Virus record (IMG/VR): IMGVR_UViG_3300032268_000694
Coordinates: 1-64,000 of that record
Direction: 5' to 3' (one strand)
DNA from: a virus
Length of the DNA: 64,000 nucleotides
The notes under the pieces were generated by a model. The model made no database searches. It was given only the letters and a program-made list of their open reading frames with translations, and had not been told where the DNA came from. Shown piece by piece: positions 47,942-58,062 of this stretch (position 1 is its first letter; every line of letters begins with the position of its first letter). Both the position numbers and the translations under genes were made by a program.

Positions 47942-49300
47942 ATGAAAAGTATAGCAAATCAATATCGTGATTTAAAAGAAGGTAGAATGTCACAACAAAA
48001 TTTCATGAGAAATTTACGCATGACTATGCCTCAATATGTAACTAACGTAACATCATTTGGTGATGCGGTTAGAATTCTTAAAAATAAAAGTATTATTGTT
48101 GAATCTAATGCTGGTAATGACCAATGGCTAGATGCATTCCAGGATGCATTAGGTTTTAAAACATATATGTCTCCAAGTTACCTTATAAGTCAATATGGTG
48201 ATATGAAACCAGAAGATGCTGCTAGAAAGTTTATGGATGATTCTACAGAATCAGCAATGACTAAAGATAAAGAAAAATTTGCAAAAGAAACAGGATCAGA
48301 AGATGAATTTAATACTTTATTAAAGCAAATTGAAGATGAACCATCAAATGATGATTACGAACCAGATACTGATGCTGATTACGAAGAACCAAGAGATGAT
48401 TTCGATATGGCTGGTGGTTATAACGACGGTGAATTTTGGGAAGGTAAAGGTGAAGGTGATGAAAAGGAAATTGATGCAATGATCAAGAAAATGGAAGATG
48501 AAAAAGCTGGTGAAGAAGAAGTTAAATCTCAATACGATTTAGGCGAAGAATTAAATGAAGCTAAAAAGAAAGAAGAAAAAGTTGAATATAGCAAACAACA
48601 AGCTAACCCAACTGAATTAAGACTAGGCATCAGAACAGAATTAGAGTGCGATAGTGATATGGAATTAGATAAAGCTAAAGAAATTGCTTATAAAAATATT
48701 GCTAAAGATCCTATCTACTATACTAAACTAAAATTATCAGGTGTTGAAGCTCATCCTAAGAAAGTAAAAGGTGAGAAAGAAGTTCCTGCTAAAAAAGCTA
48801 AAAAAGAATCTGCTCAATTAGTAGATTTAGTAAATGGCATGCAGAAGGTTAAAATGCCTAAAAAGGACGAAAAAAAAAAGCTTAAAGAAGGCGTAGACGA
48901 AGCAATGCCATTTGCTGACTTACCTGCTGATCCTGGAAAATATAAAATAGTAAAGGATAGCAAAGGTTACATCATTAAAGCAACAAACGCTGATGGAATT
49001 GAATTTCAAAAAGGTGATGTTGTTAAAACATATGATGGTGAAGAAATTAAAATAGCAAAGTTCGAAGAAAGTCAAGGTAAAGTTAAAGCAATATACAGTA
49101 CAGGAATGTTCTTTAGAGGAATTGATATTGATGGTTTAGAAGCACCAAAACCAACAATGAGACCAGGTGTTGATATGGGCGCTTCATTTGAAAAAATGAA
49201 AAAATCAATGCAAGAAATTGTTCGTGAAACAATAAGTGAATATTTTGATGGACGTGATAATTTAATTAACCCACTTTCAGCAGAAGACGAAAACAACTAA
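47942..49300 (+). CDS. Acidic head-internal polyprotein with DUF5661-like domain
   Basis: LGIRTELE...AKEIAYKNIAKDPIYYTKL; many L-x-E sites. Confidence 0.7.
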   Translation: MKSIANQYRDLKEGRMSQQNFMRNLRMTMPQYVTNVTSFGDAVRILKNKSIIVESNAGNDQWLDAFQDALGFKTYMSPSYLISQYGDMKPEDAARKFMDDSTESAMTKDKEKFAKETGSEDEFNTLLKQIEDEPSNDDYEPDTDADYEEPRDDFDMAGGYNDGEFWEGKGEGDEKEIDAMIKKMEDEKAGEEEVKSQYDLGEELNEAKKKEEKVEYSKQQANPTELRLGIRTELECDSDMELDKAKEIAYKNIAKDPIYYTKLKLSGVEAHPKKVKGEKEVPAKKAKKESAQLVDLVNGMQKVKMPKKDEKKKLKEGVDEAMPFADLPADPGKYKIVKDSKGYIIKATNADGIEFQKGDVVKTYDGEEIKIAKFEESQGKVKAIYSTGMFFRGIDIDGLEAPKPTMRPGVDMGASFEKMKKSMQEIVRETISEYFDGRDNLINPLSAEDENN

Positions 49301-49301
49301 T

Positions 49302-49910
49302 ATGAAAACATTATTAATAGACCATACACCATTTCACATAGCTAAACTAACACTGTCAGAAGGTAAAAATGTACCTGGTGGAAGAATGCGTGTTAAAGGT
49401 AAATTACAAGAATCTGAAGTTAAAAATGGTAATGGTCGTGTTTATCCTAAAGAAGTATTGCAACGTGAAGTTGAAAAATACATGGAAGGACCAATCAAAA
49501 CCAACACTGCATTAGGTGAATTAGACCACCCAGAATCTACAATCGTTAACTTAAATAACGTATCACACAACATTAAAAAAGTTTGGTGGGATGGTAATGA
49601 TTTAATGGGTGAATTAGAATTATTAAATACACCAGCAGGTAAAATTGCACAAGAAATTATATCAGCAGGTATTCCATTGGGTATTTCATCTCGTGGTATG
49701 GGTTCAGTACGCCAAATAGGTGAAACTGTTGAAGTACAAGACGATTTTGAATTATTATGTTGGGATTTAGTATCAGTACCATCAACTCCAGGCGCTTATA
49801 TGTCATTAGCTGAAAATAAAAAAGCACAAGCTGGTAAAGACTATAGTAAAGTAAATGGTTTAATTACAGAAATTATTTGCAACGTAACAGGAGTTTGTCC
49901 TCTCTGTTAG
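49302..49910 (+). CDS. Prohead protease (T4 gp21-like)
   Basis: NGNGRVYP, LGELDHP, GISSRGMGS, DLVSVPSTPGA. Confidence 0.93.
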   Translation: MKTLLIDHTPFHIAKLTLSEGKNVPGGRMRVKGKLQESEVKNGNGRVYPKEVLQREVEKYMEGPIKTNTALGELDHPESTIVNLNNVSHNIKKVWWDGNDLMGELELLNTPAGKIAQEIISAGIPLGISSRGMGSVRQIGETVEVQDDFELLCWDLVSVPSTPGAYMSLAENKKAQAGKDYSKVNGLITEIICNVTGVCPLC

Positions 49911-49942
49911 CAGATCGCGGCTTTTAATATCTACATATATTT

Positions 49943-50056
49943 ATGGGTAACCTAGAATGGGTTGCCCATCTTTTTGCAACTCGGGTATTACTAAACCCCA
50001 CATTAAGATTTCTAATAATCTTATTTCCGTAATCAAATTTAAGGAGAACAAACAAA
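49943..50056 (+). promoter_or_regulatory. Structured 5' leader of the scaffold/capsid operon
   Basis: Hairpins at 49943-49969 and 50004-50023 after the late motif; AAGGAG at 50041-50046. Confidence 0.5.
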
Positions 50057-51082
50057 ATGAGTAACAAAGACTTATTCAAAGAAGCTATCGCCGACGCTAA
50101 AGCCGTTCGCGAAGCAGCGTTAGCAAACGCAAAAGTCGCTCTTGAAGAAGCTTTAGCTCCAAAACTTCAATCTATGTTAGCTGCAAAGTTACAAGAAATG
50201 GACAATGAAGAATTGGACGAAGTGAAAGAAGAAGACGACAAAATGGAAGAAACACTTTCTATTTCTGAAAACGACGAAGAATTAGAAGAAGATTTCGACC
50301 TATCTGAAATCTTAGCTGAATTAAGTGATGAAAAAGAACTTGACGAAGCAAAAGAAGAAGATGAAATTAACGAAACTGAAGATGAAGAAGAAACTGAAGA
50401 CGAAGAGTCTGAAGAAGAAGAAGAATCTGAAGGCGACAAAATCACTGACTTAACTGTTGATGAACTAAAAGACATTATCAAAGACATCATCTCTGCTGAA
50501 TTAGAAGCTGAAGAGTTAGAAACTCCAGAAGACGAAGCAGGTGAAGAAGCTGGCGAAGAAATGGCAATGAACATGGGCGGTGAAGAAGGTGATGAAGAAG
50601 AAATCGCTATCGACGAAGAAATCGATTTAGAAGAATTATTAGCTGAATTAGACGGTTTAGACGAAGTAGACGACGACTCAAATGAGATGTACGAAGCTAA
50701 GAAAAAAGACGCTAAGAAAGAAGAAGACAAAGAAGACATGAAAGAAGCTATTGATACAATCAATACTTTACGTAACGAGTTAAACGAAGTTAATTTGTTA
50801 AACGCTAAGTTACTTTATGTTAACAAAGTATTTAAAGCTAAAAACTTAACTGAATCACAAAAATTAAAAGTAATTGCTCAATTCGATAAAGCAACTACTG
50901 CAAAAGAAGCAAAAACTATTTTTGAATCAATGAATGATGCGATTGCAAAATCTGCAAAGAAAAGCACAATCAAAGAATCATTAGGATTCGCTTCAAAAGC
51001 TGCTGGTAATGCACCTCAAAAACAAATCGTACAAGTTGACGAAACTGTTTCTAGATGGCAAATGTTAGCAGGTATTAAATAA
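50057..51082 (+). CDS. Prohead scaffolding protein (gp22-like)
   Basis: Very acidic coiled coil with many L-x-E sites, between protease and capsid genes; ends RWQMLAGIK. Confidence 0.85.
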   Translation: MSNKDLFKEAIADAKAVREAALANAKVALEEALAPKLQSMLAAKLQEMDNEELDEVKEEDDKMEETLSISENDEELEEDFDLSEILAELSDEKELDEAKEEDEINETEDEEETEDEESEEEEESEGDKITDLTVDELKDIIKDIISAELEAEELETPEDEAGEEAGEEMAMNMGGEEGDEEEIAIDEEIDLEELLAELDGLDEVDDDSNEMYEAKKKDAKKEEDKEDMKEAIDTINTLRNELNEVNLLNAKLLYVNKVFKAKNLTESQKLKVIAQFDKATTAKEAKTIFESMNDAIAKSAKKSTIKESLGFASKAAGNAPQKQIVQVDETVSRWQMLAGIK

Positions 51083-51116
51083 ACAAATATTTTTTAAAAA
51101 TTTAATTCATTTAAAA

Positions 51117-52712
51117 ATGAACGTACAACAATTATTAGAATCTTCAAACCAATACAAAACTGTAATGGAAGATTCAAAAAAATTGTCTAGTAAGTGGGAA
51201 AAATCAGGCCTTTTAGAAGGTATCAAATCCACTACAGACAAGAACACAATGGCTATGCTATTGGAAAACCAAGCTAAGCAGTTAGTAACTGAAGCTTCTC
51301 AAACAGGTGGACAAGCATCTGGTGCTGGTGCATATTCTGGTGAAAGCTGGAATGGTGTTGCTTTACCATTGGTTCGCCGTGTATTCGGTGAAATCGCTGC
51401 TAAAGAATTCGTTAGCGTACAACCTATGAACTTACCTTCAGGTCTTGTATTCTATCTTGATTTCAAATACGGTACTAATGAATCTCCTTTCACTGCTGGT
51501 AGCTCTTTATATGGTGCTTCTACAACAAACAACGTAACAGTTCCTACTTCTCAATCATTATATGGTGCTGGTCGTTTTGGTTATTCAATCAACCAATACT
51601 CAGCTTCTATAGGTGCTGTAAGTTCTTCAGTATCTTTTGCTGATGTTAACTTTAACTCAGATTACATTGTAACTGGTTCTTTCAAGAAAGTATTAGTTCC
51701 ATTACCAACTAACGCTGATTTAAACGCTGTTAGATCATTTGTATTCACTACAGGTTCAATCGGTGCTACAGATATCATCCAACAATTTACTACAGTATCT
51801 AGCAATACTGCTTCTTTCGTTGTTACAGCTTCTTTATTACCAAACGCTTCTACTTTAGGTAATGTTATTTTATTCTACTCTGTTCAACCTACATCAGAAA
51901 CTCGTGGTGATTTTGAAGATGGTGCAACTAAAACAAACAGTGGTACAACAATCGCTATCCCAGAAATTAACGTTCAGTTAAAATCTGAAGCAATCGTTGC
52001 TAAGACTCGTAAATTGAAAGCACAATGGACTCCGGAATTCGCTCAAGATCTTAACGCTTATCATAGCGTAGATGCTGAAGCTGAATTAACTGGTATCTTA
52101 TCTCAGTACATTTCTATGGAAATTGATCTTGAGATCTTAGATATGTTAATCCAAAACGCTTACACAACTGAAAGATGGTCTGCAGTTAACAACCAATCTA
52201 TAAGCGCTGCGGGTGTTGTAACCCAAAACTCAGCAACTACTGGTGGTTTTTATAACACACAAGGTGGTTGGTTCCAAACTTTAGGTACAAAATTACAAAA
52301 AGTATCTAACACAATTCATCAGTTAACTTTAAGAGGTGGTGCTAATTTCTTAGTTACTTCTCCTACAGTTGCAACTATCTTAGAATCTATCCCTGGATTC
52401 GCTGCAGATGGTGATGGTGAGAAAATGGAATTTAACTTTGGTATCCAAAAGGTTGGTTCTTTAAACAGTCGTTACAAGGTTTACAAAAACCCTTACATGA
52501 CTGAGAACGTAATCTTAATGGGTTACAAAGGTGCTCAATTCTTAGAGTGTGGTGCTGTATTTGCTCCATATGTTCCATTGATCATGACTCCATTATTATA
52601 CGATCCGGCTACATTTACTCCACGTAAAGGTCTTATGACTCGTTACGCGAAGAAAATGATCCGTCCTGATTATTATGGTAAGGTGTTTGTTAGTGGTTTA
52701 GAAACAGTTTAA
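51117..52712 (+). CDS. Major capsid protein (T4 gp23-like)
   Basis: LLENQ, PLVRRVF, VQPMNLPSGLVF, KTRKLKAQWTPEFAQDLNAYH, APYVPL, MTRYA. Confidence 0.96.
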   Translation: MNVQQLLESSNQYKTVMEDSKKLSSKWEKSGLLEGIKSTTDKNTMAMLLENQAKQLVTEASQTGGQASGAGAYSGESWNGVALPLVRRVFGEIAAKEFVSVQPMNLPSGLVFYLDFKYGTNESPFTAGSSLYGASTTNNVTVPTSQSLYGAGRFGYSINQYSASIGAVSSSVSFADVNFNSDYIVTGSFKKVLVPLPTNADLNAVRSFVFTTGSIGATDIIQQFTTVSSNTASFVVTASLLPNASTLGNVILFYSVQPTSETRGDFEDGATKTNSGTTIAIPEINVQLKSEAIVAKTRKLKAQWTPEFAQDLNAYHSVDAEAELTGILSQYISMEIDLEILDMLIQNAYTTERWSAVNNQSISAAGVVTQNSATTGGFYNTQGGWFQTLGTKLQKVSNTIHQLTLRGGANFLVTSPTVATILESIPGFAADGDGEKMEFNFGIQKVGSLNSRYKVYKNPYMTENVILMGYKGAQFLECGAVFAPYVPLIMTPLLYDPATFTPRKGLMTRYAKKMIRPDYYGKVFVSGLETV

Positions 52713-52751
52713 TTTTAGACTAATATAGTATAGCCCCGTAAGGCTTAAATT

Positions 52752-52782
52752 GAGACTCGAGCGCAAGCTCGGGTCTCTTTTT
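52752..52782 (+). terminator. Intrinsic terminator after the capsid gene
   Basis: GAGACTCGAGC-GCAA-GCTCGGGTCTC followed by T5. Confidence 0.88.
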
Positions 52783-52812
52783 GCATATGTATTGATAACC
52801 AAATCGTTATAC

Positions 52813-53481
52813 ATGCGTGAACCTAATCGCGAAAGAAAAACTGAAATTAAGTCTATAAACGCTTTACAGTTAAACGAAGAGCAAAAAGAGGCAAAAAGAT
52901 TAATAATTGAAAACCAAATAGTGGTTATAACGGGTAGAGCTGGTAGTGGTAAATCATTAGTATGTGCTCAAGCAGCCTTAGATTTTCTTAAGAAAAAACA
53001 AATCGAGTGTATTTACAATACACGTGCTGCTGTGGAAGTTGGTAAATCATTAGGATTTTTGCCTGGAGATATCAATGGTAAATTTGATCCATATATGGAA
53101 GCACTTATTGAAAACCTAAACAAATGTTGTTCAGATAAAAAGGAAGTAACTAAACTAATTGAAGATAATAAAGTTAAAGCATTACCAGTCCAGTTCATCC
53201 GTGGTAAAACTATTGACGATATTCTGATAGTCGAGGAAGCACAAAACCTAACCAAAGGTGAGATGCTAGCTATATTGACACGCCTAGGCAAAACAGGTAA
53301 AATTGTTATTAACGGCGACAACGAACAGACCGATATCAAATCATTAACAGGCGAAATCAACGGCTTAAGTTACGTTATCGAATTATCCAAAAAACTTGAG
53401 GAAATCAAGTGGATTAAGCTGAAAGAGAACCACCGCTCTGATTTAGTAGGTAAGATACTCGAATTTGAATATGGAAAGTAG
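52813..53481 (+). CDS. phoH: PhoH-like ATPase
   Basis: GRAGSGKS, LGFLPGD, FIRGKT, EEAQN, LTRLG, GDNEQTD, NHRS; start moved to ATG 52813. Confidence 0.9.
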   Translation: MREPNRERKTEIKSINALQLNEEQKEAKRLIIENQIVVITGRAGSGKSLVCAQAALDFLKKKQIECIYNTRAAVEVGKSLGFLPGDINGKFDPYMEALIENLNKCCSDKKEVTKLIEDNKVKALPVQFIRGKTIDDILIVEEAQNLTKGEMLAILTRLGKTGKIVINGDNEQTDIKSLTGEINGLSYVIELSKKLEEIKWIKLKENHRSDLVGKILEFEYGK

Positions 53482-53538
53482 TAACTAACCAATATTTATA
53501 CGTGTTAAATACTACTCAAACAATAAGGAACTTATAAT

Positions 53539-55533
53539 ATGGCGAAAATTGCCCAAAACATTAAAAATCTATACGACGTATACAACGGCGATTCTAGAAG
53601 ATTTCTACCAATTATTGCTGGTAATACCCCGTTTGGGTACTATGATAACGATACAGAATTTGTAAGAGATGCTAGACGTGTATGTGGATTTGTTGCTATT
53701 CATTTAGGTGTTGGTGGATTAAAATTAACACCCATAAAAGCAGTCAGTGACATGACTGTACTTGCTACTTTTGAAGAAGCAGTTACCACTTATGGTAACA
53801 TGGTTTACCAATACAAAATTAGAGATAACTATATTAATATGGAAGGTGGTGATACATTACCTTTTATGAATAATACTAATACATTTGTTCTTAGTACTGA
53901 AATTGGTTCTCCTGTAAGATGGTCTTCAACTAGAAAAGCAACATTTAAAGAAATTGAATATGATATCGCCTACTCTCAATCAGTTGTAGATGGTGAAATT
54001 TATTGTATATCATCATCTGTATCTGACTATATTGCTCCTGATTTTGATTATATTAAATCATTTGGTTTTTCATCACCATACTCTAGTTCATTGTATGGTT
54101 CTACTTTAAATTTAAATCAATATATTAATAATCAATTTAATAGAATTGGTGGTCCTACTATTTCAACTCCTTATTATAATCCTGCAAGTGGTTCTTTTGA
54201 TTTTAGTTCTTTTACAGCTGCTAATAGCATTTTCTCAATTACAGGTAGTAATACAGTTAAAATAGAATTTAAAGTAACAGCATCAGCTGAAACTGATACT
54301 GCAACTATTTTCTATGTACCTACAGGTAGCACATCAGCACTTACAGCACAAAATATTGCAAATAAGATAACAAATGTTTCTTTAGGTACCTTTGGCACAT
54401 CAGTAGCAGTAACAACAGGATCAACACCCACAACATTGTTGTTTACTTCATCATTATCTCTTAACTATAATATAGTTAATTATAAAGTAAATAGCACCTC
54501 TATATTTTCCAATATAACATCAGGTTCAAATTATGAAATAACAGAAGGTAATACATTCGTTTATTATTTCCCTACTACTCCTTTAATGCAAAGTGGATCA
54601 AATGTATTTGGTACTGGATCTATTCCAACAACATACATTCAATCTAACCTAAACCCATCATTAAATGATAAAATAATAAGTAATAACCTTACTACTATAA
54701 CATCAGTTATTTCTGATGGTTATGGTGCTGAGGCTGGAGTTGGTGGTAAATATAATGTTAAAAAAGGAATATTACATTGTCAATCTGGGGTGCAAGATTA
54801 TGATTTAAACGCTTGGGCTGCTGATTCTGCTTCTTTAAGTGGTAGTGGAGATCGTATTGAAATTAAAAGAGTATTCTTTGAAGAAGAACCAGCAATTGCT
54901 CGTTACTTTGATCCGTATGCTGGTACAGGTACTGGTATTCAATCATTACTTGAAACATTTGGATTTGGTCAATTTTCTCCTGGTATTAACTTCTTATTAA
55001 TGCCTATTTCATTTGATGCTATGAAGCTTCAAGCAATTGAATTGAATGATCAAATTAGAAAATCAGCTTATTCATTTGATTTAATAAACAACCAATTAAG
55101 AATATTTCCTGTTCCTCATGGAGATAGAAAATTATTTTTTGAATATGTTACTATAAGTCAGAAGAATGAAATTGTTAGAGATAACAGACCTAACATTGTT
55201 ACTGATATAATGAATGTTCCTTATAGAAATCCAATCTATACGAACATTAATACTGTTGGTAGATTATGGATCTTTAGATATGCAGCAGCATTATGTAAAG
55301 AAATAGAAGGTGAAACAACTGCAAGACTTGACTATGGAGTTCAGGGTCAACCATATGCTAAAGGTGGTGAAATGTTAACAACTGCTAGAACAGAAAAAGA
55401 AAGTCTAATTACCGAACTAAAGGAAATGTTGAATGAAACATCTCGTAGAAATCAACTAGAAAGAAAACAACTAGAATCACAATATCTACGTGATACATTA
55501 CAACAAGTACCTTTACCAATCTATATATTGTAA
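53539..55533 (+). CDS. Neck/head-completion protein (gp13-like) with a large Ser/Thr-rich insertion
   Basis: Position after capsid; FEEAV..Y, QDYDL, LRIFPVP, W..RYA.AL.KE motifs. Confidence 0.65.
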   Translation: MAKIAQNIKNLYDVYNGDSRRFLPIIAGNTPFGYYDNDTEFVRDARRVCGFVAIHLGVGGLKLTPIKAVSDMTVLATFEEAVTTYGNMVYQYKIRDNYINMEGGDTLPFMNNTNTFVLSTEIGSPVRWSSTRKATFKEIEYDIAYSQSVVDGEIYCISSSVSDYIAPDFDYIKSFGFSSPYSSSLYGSTLNLNQYINNQFNRIGGPTISTPYYNPASGSFDFSSFTAANSIFSITGSNTVKIEFKVTASAETDTATIFYVPTGSTSALTAQNIANKITNVSLGTFGTSVAVTTGSTPTTLLFTSSLSLNYNIVNYKVNSTSIFSNITSGSNYEITEGNTFVYYFPTTPLMQSGSNVFGTGSIPTTYIQSNLNPSLNDKIISNNLTTITSVISDGYGAEAGVGGKYNVKKGILHCQSGVQDYDLNAWAADSASLSGSGDRIEIKRVFFEEEPAIARYFDPYAGTGTGIQSLLETFGFGQFSPGINFLLMPISFDAMKLQAIELNDQIRKSAYSFDLINNQLRIFPVPHGDRKLFFEYVTISQKNEIVRDNRPNIVTDIMNVPYRNPIYTNINTVGRLWIFRYAAALCKEIEGETTARLDYGVQGQPYAKGGEMLTTARTEKESLITELKEMLNETSRRNQLERKQLESQYLRDTLQQVPLPIYIL

Positions 55534-56156
55534 TGAGATTATCATTTTATCCTATATTACAATACTTTGATGGGATTGGAGATCTAAAACCAGTAGACGA
55601 ACAACCATCTGATCCAAATCTTGGAGACCCTGAACCACCTGAAGGTGGTGCAGGTACTGGAGCAGAAGTTCCATCTGGTGGTCTCCCAGACCCAATTGGT
55701 GGTGGAGTTCGAGGAAAAGATGATCCAGCCCCAGGAGATGATATACCAACATTTTCAAAGGTTCAATATTATAAGATTGATTTGTATAACACTAAATCAA
55801 ATCTTTATGGTGAGTCAACAGAAAAGTGGTATTATCCTCCATATACTTTAAATTGTAATGTTGAAAGAAGTGATATTACTTTTACAGATACTGAATATGG
55901 TGTTGATGAAAATCAAACATGTACTTTGTTTGTTAAACATATAGATCTTGTTACTCTTGATATAACACCAGAAGTTGGGGACATATTTGTAGAGGTAGGA
56001 AGACATTTTGAAGTAAATGGAGTAAATAGAGTATTACAACCAGATCAAGCTTTAGGATTTCAAATAGATGGATCACCATTTTACATTGTAAACTATGTTA
56101 TAACTGGATATTTAACAAGAACAAGTAAATTAAACTTAGTAAAATATAGCTCATAA
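55533..56156 (+). CDS. Neck protein (gp14-like)
   Basis: NLYGES..K, PEVGDI...FEV motifs; Pro/Gly-rich N-terminal insert. Confidence 0.65.
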   Translation: MRLSFYPILQYFDGIGDLKPVDEQPSDPNLGDPEPPEGGAGTGAEVPSGGLPDPIGGGVRGKDDPAPGDDIPTFSKVQYYKIDLYNTKSNLYGESTEKWYYPPYTLNCNVERSDITFTDTEYGVDENQTCTLFVKHIDLVTLDITPEVGDIFVEVGRHFEVNGVNRVLQPDQALGFQIDGSPFYIVNYVITGYLTRTSKLNLVKYSS

Positions 56157-56497
56157 TGGGATTATTAGGTAAAATATTATTAAACGAAGGCATAACTATT
56201 TTTAAATGTGATATCCTTGTAAAAACATCTGCCGACCAAAATAAGGTAGAAATTTATAATGAGATTAGAGCATTAGAAAATGTTGTAGTTGTTACTATTG
56301 AACAAAGTGATTTTTTAAATAGAAAAGCAACTGATCAACACGAGTATTCTTTATTAAAATTAAAGTATATTGGTAGAGGCGATGCTAAATCATCAATTAA
56401 AGAAATTGGTATTGATGCTGTAACTAAAAACAGAGTACCGGGATTATTACAGTTTATTCCTCGTTATGATACAATTGTTAAAGTGGGATCTTATTAA
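56156..56497 (+). CDS. Hypothetical virion protein
   Basis: MGLLGKILLNE leader; IRALENVVVV. Confidence 0.7.
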   Translation: MGLLGKILLNEGITIFKCDILVKTSADQNKVEIYNEIRALENVVVVTIEQSDFLNRKATDQHEYSLLKLKYIGRGDAKSSIKEIGIDAVTKNRVPGLLQFIPRYDTIVKVGSY

Positions 56498-56506
56498 AAA
56501 TAATAA

Positions 56507-57772
56507 ATGAGAGATAGAAAACCAATACCTAAAAACAGTTCTAAAATTACTCAGGAAGCTCTAAGCAATGCTTATCTTGCTTCACAAGGTAAACCAACTA
56601 GTGATTCTATTGCTCAAAGACACGAGAATAGAGCATTACAAACTACTCGCAAAACGGATAAGGTAAAGGATATTTCTATTGGTTTAGAAGATATTGATCA
56701 TGCTATCAAACACTATTTTGATAATGTTATCAAACCTACAGTAATGCAGGATGGACAGAGAATAGATGTTCCTGTTAGATATGCCTCACCTGAACGTTGG
56801 AAATCAGTACAACAAGATGGGTATTATAGAGATACTAATGGTAAATTAGTATTACCTGTTATCATGTATAAGAGAGATAGCGTTGAAAAAAATAGAACAT
56901 TAGGTAACAAAATAGATGGTAATTTAGCATCATTATTTCAGGTATTTGAAACTAGATATAATCAAAGAAATCAATATGATAAATTTTCTATTTTAAATAA
57001 TAGAATACCATCAAAACAATATTATGTTTCTGTTGTACCTGACTATGTAACTATTAATTATTCAGTTTCTATATTTACAAACTACGTAGAACAAAACAAT
57101 AAAATTATTGAAGCGATAGAATTTGCTTCTGATTCATATTGGGGACAAGAAAATAGATGGCATTTTAGAACAATGCTAGATAGCTTCTCTACCACAAACA
57201 TTATTAATAGTGGTGAGGATAAAGCAGCAGTAACTACTGTTACTTTAAAGGTAAATGGTTATCTAATAGCTGATAGTGTTAATAAACATTTAGCTGATAC
57301 AAGTATGCATTACTCACCAGCTCAAATTATATTTGGTTTAGAAGTTGTTGATAACCCAACAGAAAACTTTAATGCAGCTTCACAAATAGCAGCATCACAA
57401 GGTGGTGGCCAAACATCATTTGTGGGTGGTGGCTCTAACGTTACTAATATTAATAACAATGCATTAAATGATGCTATAACAACATATTTAAACCTAAACA
57501 ATGCTATGACCTCAGTCATTGTAAATGGATCGGGCACTACAGTAACATACCCTAATGCTTCAGTAGTACAACCACCAGCAGGATCAAACATTGCTGGAAC
57601 AACTCTATTAAGTTTTTCATTTTATGCTGGTCCTTTATTAATATCATTAAACGATATTTCTAACTTTTATGAAGACAGTGGTAATATTTATTTAGTAATA
57701 AATCCATCTACATTAGGATATAACTTAATAGGTAAACAAGTTACAATGATAGGTAAATTTCAACAAAACTAG
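56507..57772 (+). CDS. Tail terminator/sheath-stabiliser protein (gp15-like)
   Basis: VPVRYASPERW, LPVI, PDYVTINY, EQNNKIIE motifs. Confidence 0.65.
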   Translation: MRDRKPIPKNSSKITQEALSNAYLASQGKPTSDSIAQRHENRALQTTRKTDKVKDISIGLEDIDHAIKHYFDNVIKPTVMQDGQRIDVPVRYASPERWKSVQQDGYYRDTNGKLVLPVIMYKRDSVEKNRTLGNKIDGNLASLFQVFETRYNQRNQYDKFSILNNRIPSKQYYVSVVPDYVTINYSVSIFTNYVEQNNKIIEAIEFASDSYWGQENRWHFRTMLDSFSTTNIINSGEDKAAVTTVTLKVNGYLIADSVNKHLADTSMHYSPAQIIFGLEVVDNPTENFNAASQIAASQGGGQTSFVGGGSNVTNINNNALNDAITTYLNLNNAMTSVIVNGSGTTVTYPNASVVQPPAGSNIAGTTLLSFSFYAGPLLISLNDISNFYEDSGNIYLVINPSTLGYNLIGKQVTMIGKFQQN

Positions 57773-57788
57773 GTAAATTTTAATAACA

Positions 57789-57992
57789 ATGGCTTTAATA
57801 ACATTAGATCAAATATTATTACCTTTACGTTACAATAGTGGAAGTGGTGTGCTAGAACTCGCCGCTGATAGCTTTAAAACAGCTAGCTTTACTGAATTCA
57901 GAATAAGTGGATCTGTTGTATCTTCAGGATCAGTTTATATTGTACAATCAGGTTCACTAGAAGGCAACCCAGTAGACGGGGGGTCGTTCTAA
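57789..57992 (+). CDS. Small fibre-associated protein
   Basis: SGS-rich; C-terminal VDGGSF. Confidence 0.65.
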   Translation: MALITLDQILLPLRYNSGSGVLELAADSFKTASFTEFRISGSVVSSGSVYIVQSGSLEGNPVDGGSF

Positions 57993-58062
57993 GTCATATT
58001 TATATGCGGCTTATATAAGTCGTAGAATCCTGGTATATACCAATTAAATAGGATCCATAGAT

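Noticed and set aside
41761-52712. Introns or inteins in terminase, portal or capsid genes
   Set aside because: ORFs are continuous, of ordinary length and lack intein or homing-endonuclease motifs
52813-53481. PhoH as a novel auxiliary gene
   Set aside because: PhoH is common in large aquatic phages
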